Notes under the pieces: generated by a model
What the model saw: only the letters and a program-made list of their open reading frames with translations
Databases searched by the model: none
Told to the model about the DNA's origin: nothing
In this document: positions 1 to 8,137 of the stretch, in pieces
Layout: each line of letters begins with the position of its first letter
Numbering within the stretch: position 1 is the first letter of the stretch
Position numbers and translations under genes: made by a program
From: a virus
Lineage: Duplodnaviria > Heunggongvirae > Uroviricota > Caudoviricetes
DNA length: 64,000 nucleotides
Virus record (IMG/VR): IMGVR_UViG_2706794662_000007
Strand: one strand, 5' to 3'

Positions 1-1276
1 TGATCCCTCCCTGCTGGTTACGTGAACCAGCAAAGTAGAGACGAGCCTCTCCTTTCGCTTCTTCTTCTTCGGTTTTGTTGATCGTTATTACCAGGTCAGC
101 AATACGTACTTTTTCGATGTTGTCGGCAGCGTGCATCATTGTGGCAACTTCTGACGCGCCACCTTCACGGTTTGTCTGCGATGCCGTGATCCCAGCAACG
201 TTATGCTTGTCATAAAGAGCACGTAAATCGGTGTAGATACTACGAATGTTGGCGCGATCATCACGAAGGTCATAACTGGCACGCATCAAATCTGCGTAGT
301 CGACAACAACCATGTCAGGCACCATGCCGTTGGCTTTCATGCTGTTAAGCATACGGTCCAGATCTGCCGGTGACATACTTCCTGACGGACGCTCAACCAC
401 CCACAAACTACCAATCCCCTTCGTGGCTCCCAACTCTGCCAACTTACGATGAACCTCATCGCGCCGTTCCACCAGCTTGGACATTTCTGTCTCCGACAAT
501 CTTGCATCAAAACGGTCGGATAAAATGGTGGTGTGAACCTCCAGCGAGAGATACAGAACATTGTAGCCAGCAAGCGTTGCGTTTATGGAAAACTCACCCA
601 TTGCGGTCGATTTACCGGATTTAGCGAACCCCATGAAGAGCACCATTTCACGCTTCGCCCAGCCTTTTTGGTACAGCAACCTATCGAGCAGAGGGAGTCC
701 AGTTGTAATGCTGTTTGGCACATACTCCTCTGAAGCCTCATATTCACGCGCTTTCAATCGCTCACTTGCGGAGGTGTAGTAGTCATAGATTCCGGTCGCT
801 TCGTTCGATCCAATCTGCTGAACCTTAGCCATGATTGCCATCGCTCCCTGAAAGTCGCCTTTCTCTTTCAGTTCAGCAGCCTTAATCAGAGCATCATCAA
901 ACGCTACACTTTTTGCGAAGGTTGATACCTGGTCAACCATGTACGAGGTATCGGACAATTTTTCTGCAAGAATGCGCTTAAACGCAGCAACAACATCGGC
1001 GAATAGTTCCTCACGGATAGTCTTATCGCGTTTCGCACGCTTAAGCATATCCAGAATTGCAGATGAAGAGGGCGCGCTCTTGTACATACGGTAATAGCCC
1101 GAAACCATATTAACCAATATGGCATTGGCCGCATTGGCAAATTGGCTAGGCACAACCAGATCTCCCGCACGAGTAAGAAACTCGTGATCACGACAAAAAT
1201 ATGCCGTCAGTCTGTTCTGGAAATCTTCATCAAACTCTTCGGACAGCCCGCGTCCTGTATGGCAAAGTTCTGTCAT
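1..1276 (-). CDS. DnaB-like replicative helicase / RecA-fold ATPase (partial, C-terminus beyond window start)
   Basis: frame open to position 1; ATG at 1276; Walker A-like FMGFAKSGKST and Walker B-like VVVDYADLM in own translation. Confidence 0.5.
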   Translation of the reverse strand, partial: MTELCHTGRGLSEEFDEDFQNRLTAYFCRDHEFLTRAGDLVVPSQFANAANAILVNMVSGYYRMYKSAPSSSAILDMLKRAKRDKTIREELFADVVAAFKRILAEKLSDTSYMVDQVSTFAKSVAFDDALIKAAELKEKGDFQGAMAIMAKVQQIGSNEATGIYDYYTSASERLKAREYEASEEYVPNSITTGLPLLDRLLYQKGWAKREMVLFMGFAKSGKSTAMGEFSINATLAGYNVLYLSLEVHTTILSDRFDARLSETEMSKLVERRDEVHRKLAELGATKGIGSLWVVERPSGSMSPADLDRMLNSMKANGMVPDMVVVDYADLMRASYDLRDDRANIRSIYTDLRALYDKHNVAGITASQTNREGGASEVATMMHAADNIEKVRIADLVITINKTEEEEAKGEARLYFAGSRNQQGGI

Positions 1277-1295
1277 GTGCTTTCCTTTGTTTTTT

Positions 1296-1312
1296 AAACA
1301 AATTGTTTTCTA
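1296..1312. promoter_or_regulatory. family-1 palindromic motif copy (AAACAAATTGTTTTCTA) 20 nt upstream of helicase start
   Basis: matches recurrent AGAAAACAA-N-TTGTTTTCT element. Confidence 0.5.
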
Positions 1313-1319
1313 GTATTAG

Positions 1320-2069
1320 TTAATTAGATAGGGGATCAATAAACCGCCGTGCTTCTTCCAGTTCTTCTGGAAAGTGGGCGGAAATAAGGCGCTCTGGAAC
1401 GATTTCCATTAGCCAGATAGCGGAGAAAATTGCGCGTATGCGCTTGCTGCGAGGGATGGTGCGCAAACACTCCAGAATCCACTCAAAATAGCTTTCCTGA
1501 ATCGGGTTGAACTGCATGTCTCCCATATGCTTAAAGCTAACAAGAGAGTCATCCAGACGGGTTGTTGCGCGTCTGGCTAATTTCTCTTCGAATATCTCAA
1601 CCAGCTCTGGCTGCCACAAATGCTGTGGGCGCGGCAGCTTGTCCCACAGCCGTCGTGCAGCTGCGGAAAGAACGGTGGAGATAAAGTAGTCGTATGAGCA
1701 GCAATAGCGGTCAGCAAACTGGCGTGCTTTCCATAGAGACGTTTTATTGGCAGTCGACAACTCCTGATAAGGCAGGCGTTTTAACCCGGTGGTGAACGGA
1801 GCTGTTTCAAAGTGTTCGCGACCGTGCGTCAGCATGATATTTGAGTACTGACGTTTGTATGCCTCCGTAAACAGACAGGTGGCCATAAGAGGATGCATGT
1901 CTCGGTAATCAAACCACTTCGTCTCGAAGAGTTCAGCCTCGTCTTTACAGCGCGACAAACCAATGTTTTCAGCGACCCACTTGTCCATAACAGCGGTATT
2001 CCACTCTGTCATGAAGTCGTACTGGTCGTTGTCGATGGTATCGAAAAAGATTTGGCTCATGTGGCTCAC
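1320..2069 (-). CDS. hypothetical protein, 249 aa (GTG at 2069 or ATG at 2060)
   Basis: ORF track; co-oriented just upstream of helicase gene. Confidence 0.45.
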   Translation of the reverse strand: MSHMSQIFFDTIDNDQYDFMTEWNTAVMDKWVAENIGLSRCKDEAELFETKWFDYRDMHPLMATCLFTEAYKRQYSNIMLTHGREHFETAPFTTGLKRLPYQELSTANKTSLWKARQFADRYCCSYDYFISTVLSAAARRLWDKLPRPQHLWQPELVEIFEEKLARRATTRLDDSLVSFKHMGDMQFNPIQESYFEWILECLRTIPRSKRIRAIFSAIWLMEIVPERLISAHFPEELEEARRFIDPLSN

Positions 2070-2176
2070 CTGGTAGGTAGTTACTTACTTATCACAATGG
2101 ACGGATGATAGCGACTGGTGTCAGTTTTTGGAAGTGAAAACGGAAGGGAGTTGTTCTGGTGGTGTCTTTTAAAAGA

Positions 2177-2229
2177 CCTGCTTCCGTATATATTTAATAA
2201 GTTACTTATTATTTATATACAGAAACAGG
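2177..2229. repeat. ~53-bp near-perfect palindrome, copy A (CCTGCTTCCGTATATAT...ATATACAGAAACAGG)
   Basis: inverted arms flank AT-rich centre TTAATAAGTTACTTATTA; near-identical copies at 33069-33123 and 63687-63747. Confidence 0.75.
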
Positions 2230-2334
2230 CTCCTAATGGATACCAAGAACAACATAATTTGACTCCAACTCCAGATGCTATGTCATTGACAGATTTATCA
2301 AGGGAGATCATGTTAGAATTAGTGTTTTAGCCTC

Positions 2335-3408
2335 GTGGATATTGTCACCATGCGCATGAATAGACTTCCAGGATATGGCCTTCCCGAACTGGCTTTTTGG
2401 CCTCAGCCTAAATATGAACGGAATAAATGGTCGATGTTCTGTCTGAAACTCCGTAATGATGGAACCCTTGCTTGGTATCGGCGATATGTTGATCGTGGTA
2501 TGCCAAACCACGCTGTTGATGACGACTACGATAACTATCCTGAAGCAAGAAAAGCGGCATTAGAGCTGAATAAAAACGTGAGCTTTGACATTGAAAAACT
2601 TCCTCTATCTATGTTTCAAAAGAAGTCATTGCGTTTGAAAGTTGACAAAGCACTCAAAGCCAAATCACGTCTCATGGATGAAGAGTATATAATGCTCAAC
2701 GAAGCAATTAAGGCACACGCCAACGATCCGCGAGTGACATTAAATGAGTTAATAATTAACCCAGATTACGAAACTTTGCGTCAACCCCTTTTTGACGTGC
2801 TAAGCGAGATGCCTTACTTACATTTTGTTTTTCTTCCCAAATTCCAAGTTTCACTTCAACTCGTTGCTCCTAACACTTGGGAATGTTCATATAACAACAA
2901 AGCTAAGACAGCGAAGATCTGCTACCAAGAACGCATAGCCAGAGGTTTTGGTTTATCAGGTGCTGCACATTGGGGAAAAACAAAAGCGACTATTCGCTCA
3001 ATGCTTCTGCCGCGTGCTAACCGGTTACTGCAACTCGCCAGCGTAAAAAGAATGCTGGATGAAGCTCTCAGGAATGGGCAAAAGGTACTGGTTGTTGGCA
3101 ACTTTGTTTTCTGGTTTGAGGACAAAAATCAGGTAGGTTGGAGTGTTAAAGTTGCTAGCGAAAGCGAAACCACCTCAAGAGGCAATACGCTCTGGAAAGA
3201 AGGAACTATCATTTCAAAAAATCACGGTCGAATTGTCGTGCTGCCGTATACAAAAGAAAACGGTAAACATGTAAAAGGTTATACCAAGAATGCCCCTAAC
3301 GACGGCAATGCAATTCCGAGACATAAGGATGAGTATGTTGAGTTGCCCTTTGAAATTTTGGATGGTGACTTGATGTTCAGTCTGTTCGGTGAGCTTAACT
3401 ACGAATAG
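2335..3408 (+). CDS. hypothetical protein, 357 aa; AT-richer than flanks (cargo-like)
   Basis: ORF track; only plus-strand gene in a minus-strand region; no motif recognised. Confidence 0.5.
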   Translation: MDIVTMRMNRLPGYGLPELAFWPQPKYERNKWSMFCLKLRNDGTLAWYRRYVDRGMPNHAVDDDYDNYPEARKAALELNKNVSFDIEKLPLSMFQKKSLRLKVDKALKAKSRLMDEEYIMLNEAIKAHANDPRVTLNELIINPDYETLRQPLFDVLSEMPYLHFVFLPKFQVSLQLVAPNTWECSYNNKAKTAKICYQERIARGFGLSGAAHWGKTKATIRSMLLPRANRLLQLASVKRMLDEALRNGQKVLVVGNFVFWFEDKNQVGWSVKVASESETTSRGNTLWKEGTIISKNHGRIVVLPYTKENGKHVKGYTKNAPNDGNAIPRHKDEYVELPFEILDGDLMFSLFGELNYE

Positions 3409-3468
3409 CTTTCATAGAACGAAATATTTCTAAGGCTGTCCAATGCAGACCAGCCTTAGAGATTTATA

Positions 3469-3828
3469 TCAACCTTTCTTCATTAACTCGCGTTTAATTT
3501 CATCGGTACGCATCGTGACATCGGCAGCAGTGATCGCCTCGTTAAGCTTCACGATGTCCTCGATTTCCTGCGGTGACTTCTCTGCCAGATGGAAAATAGC
3601 AGCACGAATCACATCAGAGCGGGTGAATTTCTCGAAGCGAGGGATGAACTTCATCATCTCCAGCAGTTCGAAGTATTCGTCCTCCAGTGACATTGTGCGG
3701 CTTTTAATTTTCTCTTTGCCACGAGTCGGGCGTCCCTGTGGTCTGACTGGTTGGCGCAAAGGAGTTGTGTTCTTAGCCGGTGCATCAGACTCTTTGCGCT
3801 TTGCTAGGTCACCCATTTTCATGGACAT
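3469..3828 (-). CDS. small partition partner candidate (ParG/ribbon-helix-helix-like DNA-binding protein)
   Basis: 119 aa, basic N-terminus, start overlaps parA stop (ATGA-type junction at 3828). Confidence 0.35.
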   Translation of the reverse strand: MSMKMGDLAKRKESDAPAKNTTPLRQPVRPQGRPTRGKEKIKSRTMSLEDEYFELLEMMKFIPRFEKFTRSDVIRAAIFHLAEKSPQEIEDIVKLNEAITAADVTMRTDEIKRELMKKG

Positions 3829-4496
3829 TATTCTTCTTCCTCCAGACTCAACAGATAATCTACAAATTCTTCAAACTCGGCTTCCGCCTTTTTGTCGCGC
3901 TCGCTACCGGTCATTTCAAAGATAGAACGACCAGACTCTTCCGCATCATCATAGACGTTGCGGTTATATAGATTGACTGGCGCAGACTCGATGCCAAACG
4001 TCTCAACAATCTCTTTAGCCGCCAGAATGCGAGACACTTGTGATGGCAAAGCCGGGCACTGGTTCATGACCGCGCGGACCTTCACTTTATCGTTTACATT
4101 GCGAACATTGTCGATAATAGGATCGATGTCACGTAAAGATTTCAAATCACGACGCTTAGGACGCAGCGGGATAATGATAACGTCAGCCATCAGCATCGCT
4201 TGTCGCTGAATTTCGGAGTCGAAGCCACCAGCATCTACCACTACAAACTCAGCTCTACCCTGAAGCGATTTTAGGTGCTTAATGATGTCATCCTGAACGT
4301 ATGCAAAAGGAATCAGCTCAAGGTCTTCGTTCTGTCGACGGTCTTCACACCAGCTCGTTGTCGTGCGCTGAATATCTATATCGGTAATATAAACCTTCTT
4401 CTTCTTTTTGACTTTCAGGCAAACGGCAATTTGCTGGGCAACGGTGGATTTGCCAGGCCCGCCCTTTGTGCCGCCAACCACAAAGATCTTGGTCAT
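3828..4496 (-). CDS. parA: ParA/ParF-type partition ATPase
   Basis: deviant Walker A GGTKGGPGKST at N-terminus; 222 aa. Confidence 0.8.
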   Translation of the reverse strand: MTKIFVVGGTKGGPGKSTVAQQIAVCLKVKKKKKVYITDIDIQRTTTSWCEDRRQNEDLELIPFAYVQDDIIKHLKSLQGRAEFVVVDAGGFDSEIQRQAMLMADVIIIPLRPKRRDLKSLRDIDPIIDNVRNVNDKVKVRAVMNQCPALPSQVSRILAAKEIVETFGIESAPVNLYNRNVYDDAEESGRSIFEMTGSERDKKAEAEFEEFVDYLLSLEEEE

Positions 4497-4530
4497 TGGA
4501 GAGTTTCCTTTGCGTCTATTATTATTGTCT

Positions 4531-4549
4531 GAAACAACTTGTTTTCTTA
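4531..4549. promoter_or_regulatory. family-1 palindromic motif copy (GAAACAACTTGTTTTCTTA) ~35 nt upstream of parA
   Basis: recurrent motif; candidate operator or partition-operon control site. Confidence 0.5.
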
Positions 4550-4630
4550 TATGTGATATAGCCTAAATGCCTACGGCTGCTGTGTAAAGGTTTAATGATA
4601 GGTACATAGATTTGGTAAGGACTTAATAAC

Positions 4631-4650
4631 AAAAAACCCGCCGTAGCGGG
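4631..4650 (-). terminator. rho-independent terminator after 258-aa gene
   Basis: hairpin CCCGCCGTAGCGGG with A-run on plus strand (U-tract on minus). Confidence 0.55.
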
Positions 4651-4658
4651 TTTAGGAA

Positions 4659-5435
4659 TTAGTGGTTGGTAGACCTGGCATCAAATGTTGTAACGCCCAC
4701 TTCAATGTGGCGGTCTTCTTTGGAGATGATGGTGAGAATCTGACTAGATGGGTCTATGCTGACAGCCATAGGGTTCCAGTGACGTAACTGAGCCTCGCTG
4801 TTCAATAGCAGCGCATCCCACGGTTTGACGCCATTCTGCCCAATACCACCTTCAACAAGGACATCTATAAATTCTTTATTTAAATTGTCATAGATTTGGA
4901 CACGACCGACCAAAAGCATACCTACAGCCCAAATTCTGGCACCGTAAACCGTCTGATGGTCATCACATACTACATGGTCATGCCAATTGAGAAGAAAATT
5001 GTAAACTCTTCTAGCAAGTCCCTTTTGTTCCTTTGAAGGGGTTACAAATGCCCCTTTAATCTGGACCCCAAGGTGAGAGCCTTTTTGTGAGCGAAACTGG
5101 AATCGTTTGTAGACGAACCTGGCGATCTGAATGCCGTCATCATCTTCTTGCTCATCACCAACTAATTCACGAACACTATGAACTATCTCTTCTTCTGAAT
5201 GCCCCTGCTCGTCAAGATCCATTGCATGTTCTTGAAGCCAATCTGCATCAGGGTCGCCTACAAATGACACTGTCAAACAGTAATCATAATTAGACCCGAT
5301 CAAGGACCACTCTGTGAGCCGTAAAACAGAAAAATCAGAGTTAACCATGTAGCCAACTCTGATTTTCTCTCTTGCTTCACATTCAGGGAAATCAGACAGT
5401 ACTTTTGAATACTCTGCTATGAATGATGGTGACAT
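4659..5435 (-). CDS. hypothetical protein, 258 aa (acidic central region)
   Basis: ORF track; abuts next ORF with 1-nt gap. Confidence 0.5.
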   Translation of the reverse strand: MSPSFIAEYSKVLSDFPECEAREKIRVGYMVNSDFSVLRLTEWSLIGSNYDYCLTVSFVGDPDADWLQEHAMDLDEQGHSEEEIVHSVRELVGDEQEDDDGIQIARFVYKRFQFRSQKGSHLGVQIKGAFVTPSKEQKGLARRVYNFLLNWHDHVVCDDHQTVYGARIWAVGMLLVGRVQIYDNLNKEFIDVLVEGGIGQNGVKPWDALLLNSEAQLRHWNPMAVSIDPSSQILTIISKEDRHIEVGVTTFDARSTNH

Positions 5436-5834
5436 TTAGTTAGCAAGCCGCATATCCGTAGATGAATCCAGTTTCGCTATTTTAACATCTACGCGGTATT
5501 TATCTTTGATAAATTTAGCTATTTTGCTTTCAATCTCATAGAAAGCATCCTGTTCACAACGCACAACATCGGGAAACTGTTTTTCTGGCTTAACAAGAAA
5601 ACGTAACCGATTGTTGAGCACCATCATTTCTGCAAACAATTTGATGGTAAACTTGCCTTCTTCAACGTCACTTTTAAGGTTAACGATGAAACGCTGATCC
5701 TTAAGCATACCCGGTTTGTTCATTTCACGAATTTGGAGCGAGTCATTCCAATGCCGCAACGGAACCGATGCGATCATCTTGGTACAGTCTCTTATCGTCT
5801 GAATAGAACGAGATGCGTTAAGCGCAGTATGCAT
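5436..5834 (-). CDS. hypothetical protein, 132 aa
   Basis: ORF track; translationally coupled to 4659-5435. Confidence 0.45.
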   Translation of the reverse strand: MHTALNASRSIQTIRDCTKMIASVPLRHWNDSLQIREMNKPGMLKDQRFIVNLKSDVEEGKFTIKLFAEMMVLNNRLRFLVKPEKQFPDVVRCEQDAFYEIESKIAKFIKDKYRVDVKIAKLDSSTDMRLAN

Positions 5835-6008
5835 GTTTCCACCTTAGCCGGTAATAACTTTATGTCATAGCGGCGACCTTGTCGGTTTAGAGGCTACGAG
5901 TATGCGTCGATTTATTAAAACAAGGTATGATTTACTTGACATCCATGCTTCAAATCTACCTTGTGCTCTAATAATATGCAAATTTTATGTTAGAAAATTC
6001 CGCTTTTA

Positions 6009-6239
6009 TTATGGCACTTTTCTGCCCCATCCACACAATCGCTCCCCTATCATATTGTGAAAAAGTACTTCCCTTTCAGTCTCTTCGGTCATGAGATCAT
6101 CACGGCTGATGTATAGCGGTGTAGCCGCATCGCAGAAAAGCACACCAGAGGATTGAGGCTTAATCACGCAACCACTTATTGTGCAACTCATGATGAACAG
6201 TAGAAGCATCTTTGCGCCGTAACTCATCAAGTGTTTCAT
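6009..6239 (-). CDS. o-spanin candidate (Rz1-like lipoprotein), start partly embedded in i-spanin gene
   Basis: signal peptide with lipobox ISGC (MKHLMSYGAKMLLLFIMSCTISGC); start taken at internal Met of 6009..6317 ORF. Confidence 0.4.
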   Translation of the reverse strand: MKHLMSYGAKMLLLFIMSCTISGCVIKPQSSGVLFCDAATPLYISRDDLMTEETEREVLFHNMIGERLCGWGRKVP

Positions 6240-6411
6240 TTTTGACATCCACTGTGCTTTGAAGTCGTTTCCTGTCTTCCTGTTTTGCCTTCTCTTCCAT
6301 TGCTCGTCGCGCCGCATTTCCGCCCATCGTGTAAGCGCCGACCAGAACGAAAAGAACGGCAGCCAGAGTAATCAAAGCAACTTTTAGCTTTATCATCAGG
6401 CTACCTAGCAT
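6160..6411 (-). CDS. i-spanin candidate (Rz-like)
   Basis: N-terminal TM helix then charged coiled-coil; sits after endolysin candidate. Confidence 0.45.
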   Translation of the reverse strand: MLGSLMIKLKVALITLAAVLFVLVGAYTMGGNAARRAMEEKAKQEDRKRLQSTVDVKNETLDELRRKDASTVHHELHNKWLRD

Positions 6412-6412
6412 A

Positions 6413-7132
6413 TTAGGCCATCCCTTTCTGGTGTTTTCTTACCTGCGACCAGGCAATGAATCCTGCCACAACAATAGTGGCAATACCGAAGATGATGCGT
6501 ACTGTATCCCCACTAGAGATATGACCTTGTGCTTTATCCATAGCAGCGGAAACCTGCGGCATAACATCGGCCAGCTGCGCCAGACCAATACCTGCTGTAA
6601 CAGTTGCGCCTGCTGTTTCTTTAGTTACAGGAACAGCCTTCACGGTTTTCACCGGCTTAACGACTCCAGCTCGACGCAGACCTTCCTCAATAACTTCTGC
6701 CGCATACCAGGTGTTCAGCGTTTTTAGCGGACCTCGCCCATTCTCATGGCGAATGATTGCCTCAACCAAAGGTCGAAGGATGTCGTAATCATGCAGATCG
6801 ATGATCATGTCTGCGGTTACACCAACAGCTTTAGACACCTCATTAATGTAGGTGTCAGTGTTGTTTTCATTCGGCGGTGCCCAACGTTCAATAACTTCGC
6901 GAATGGTATCAATACTTGAGCCGTCTTTGGCGCGACGTTTATCGTGGTAGGTAATTAGAGTCACTGCCAGAGCACGAATACCCCAAACAGGGTCTTTAAA
7001 CGTGCAAAAGCGAGGTTCGTCTGGATTCGCAACCAGACCTTGCCACGGTGATCCTTTATCAAGATTACCGGGGTTATTATTACGAATGCCTCTCGGAGTC
7101 TTCATCCTTGTTCTCCTGTTATTGCAGTCCAT
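6413..7132 (-). CDS. putative cell-wall hydrolase (endolysin candidate) with C-terminal TM segment
   Basis: position between holin-like and spanin-like genes; GIRNNNPGNL motif; assignment positional. Confidence 0.35.
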   Translation of the reverse strand: MDCNNRRTRMKTPRGIRNNNPGNLDKGSPWQGLVANPDEPRFCTFKDPVWGIRALAVTLITYHDKRRAKDGSSIDTIREVIERWAPPNENNTDTYINEVSKAVGVTADMIIDLHDYDILRPLVEAIIRHENGRGPLKTLNTWYAAEVIEEGLRRAGVVKPVKTVKAVPVTKETAGATVTAGIGLAQLADVMPQVSAAMDKAQGHISSGDTVRIIFGIATIVVAGFIAWSQVRKHQKGMA

Positions 7133-7442
7133 TTTTTACGCCATATGCGGCTAATCCTAAAATTAGTGCGGTTATAATAAACGACGTCACTTTAGAAATA
7201 ATGCCTCCAAAGAAGCCGCTTGAGATCGAATCTAACCTATTAAGTAGTTTATCCAGATTGGAATGTTGAATACTGTGTTGAGCCGGAGTCATGTCACCAA
7301 AATAGTTTTTCAACTGCTCATGAACCTCATGAACTATCTCCTCTCTGATTTCTTTTCCTAATTTACCAACAACTTCTCTGGCGACAATTTTAGCTATTCT
7401 CTCAACCTGATCATGAGTGACGCCTCCTACGTCATTAGCCAT
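7119..7442 (-). CDS. small membrane protein, holin candidate
   Basis: 107 aa, single C-terminal TM helix, first gene of lysis cassette. Confidence 0.3.
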   Translation of the reverse strand: MANDVGGVTHDQVERIAKIVAREVVGKLGKEIREEIVHEVHEQLKNYFGDMTPAQHSIQHSNLDKLLNRLDSISSGFFGGIISKVTSFIITALILGLAAYGVKNGLQ

Positions 7443-7476
7443 GCTTCCTCCATGAGCAATCTATTTTAATATCCCC

Positions 7477-7494
7477 TTACATAATTTTATGTAA
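7477..7494. promoter_or_regulatory. perfect 18-bp palindrome TTACATAATTTTATGTAA in AT-rich region upstream of lysis cassette
   Basis: read directly; candidate operator or late-promoter element. Confidence 0.4.
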
Positions 7495-7539
7495 TTTAAA
7501 TATCAACTGAAATTTAAATAATATATAACCTTTTATATT

Positions 7540-8052
7540 TTAACTAATTTTCAAATCTTGTGTAACCCCCGTCCTTTTCATTGCCGTTATAAAGGCCGAA
7601 CTAGGTGTTCCTTGCCAGTAATAGTGAAAACCGTTAATAACACTATTGTAAGTAAAAACTTGTGAGACTCCACCAACTGTTACTGTAATATTGCTTGCCC
7701 TTCCCCCTGCGATGTATAAACCCCCAGTGGGCGGTAAACCTGGAACGTAGTGAGCTTGCGTAAGCACGATCCCCACTAAACGACCTAAACCACAGCTCGA
7801 AGCACCAGCAATTGTACCTTGGTTCTTTTCAGCCAATGGCCAATCTGAACCTACAGCCCCCCAGTTTTCGACTTTATCAGGAGGATTCCCTTTATAGTAA
7901 GCGGTTGCAATTTTACAGCCCATAGATCGTCCCACCATTTGACTCATCATAAAAGGTTTACCCAATCCTAACTTAGTACCCGCAGCGCTCATCCATTGTT
8001 CGCCCGTTTCGCTCTTAGCCGAAGAACCGACCCATCCCGACGCTACCCCCAT
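7540..8052 (-). CDS. glycine-rich hypothetical protein, 170 aa, downstream of tail fibre
   Basis: ORF track; Gly-rich segments; position typical of fibre accessory/adhesin genes. Confidence 0.4.
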   Translation of the reverse strand: MGVASGWVGSSAKSETGEQWMSAAGTKLGLGKPFMMSQMVGRSMGCKIATAYYKGNPPDKVENWGAVGSDWPLAEKNQGTIAGASSCGLGRLVGIVLTQAHYVPGLPPTGGLYIAGGRASNITVTVGGVSQVFTYNSVINGFHYYWQGTPSSAFITAMKRTGVTQDLKIS

Positions 8053-8137
8053 TTTACCCCTCCTTTTGAATGCGTGGGGTGAGTATCACCCCCACAATTT
8101 AAATTCAGTAGAAACCAGAAACTCCAACAGCTGTCGT

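Noticed and set aside
5934-5980. Candidate sigma70 promoter from TTGACA at 5936-5941
   Set aside because: No acceptable -10 hexamer at 16-18 bp spacing.
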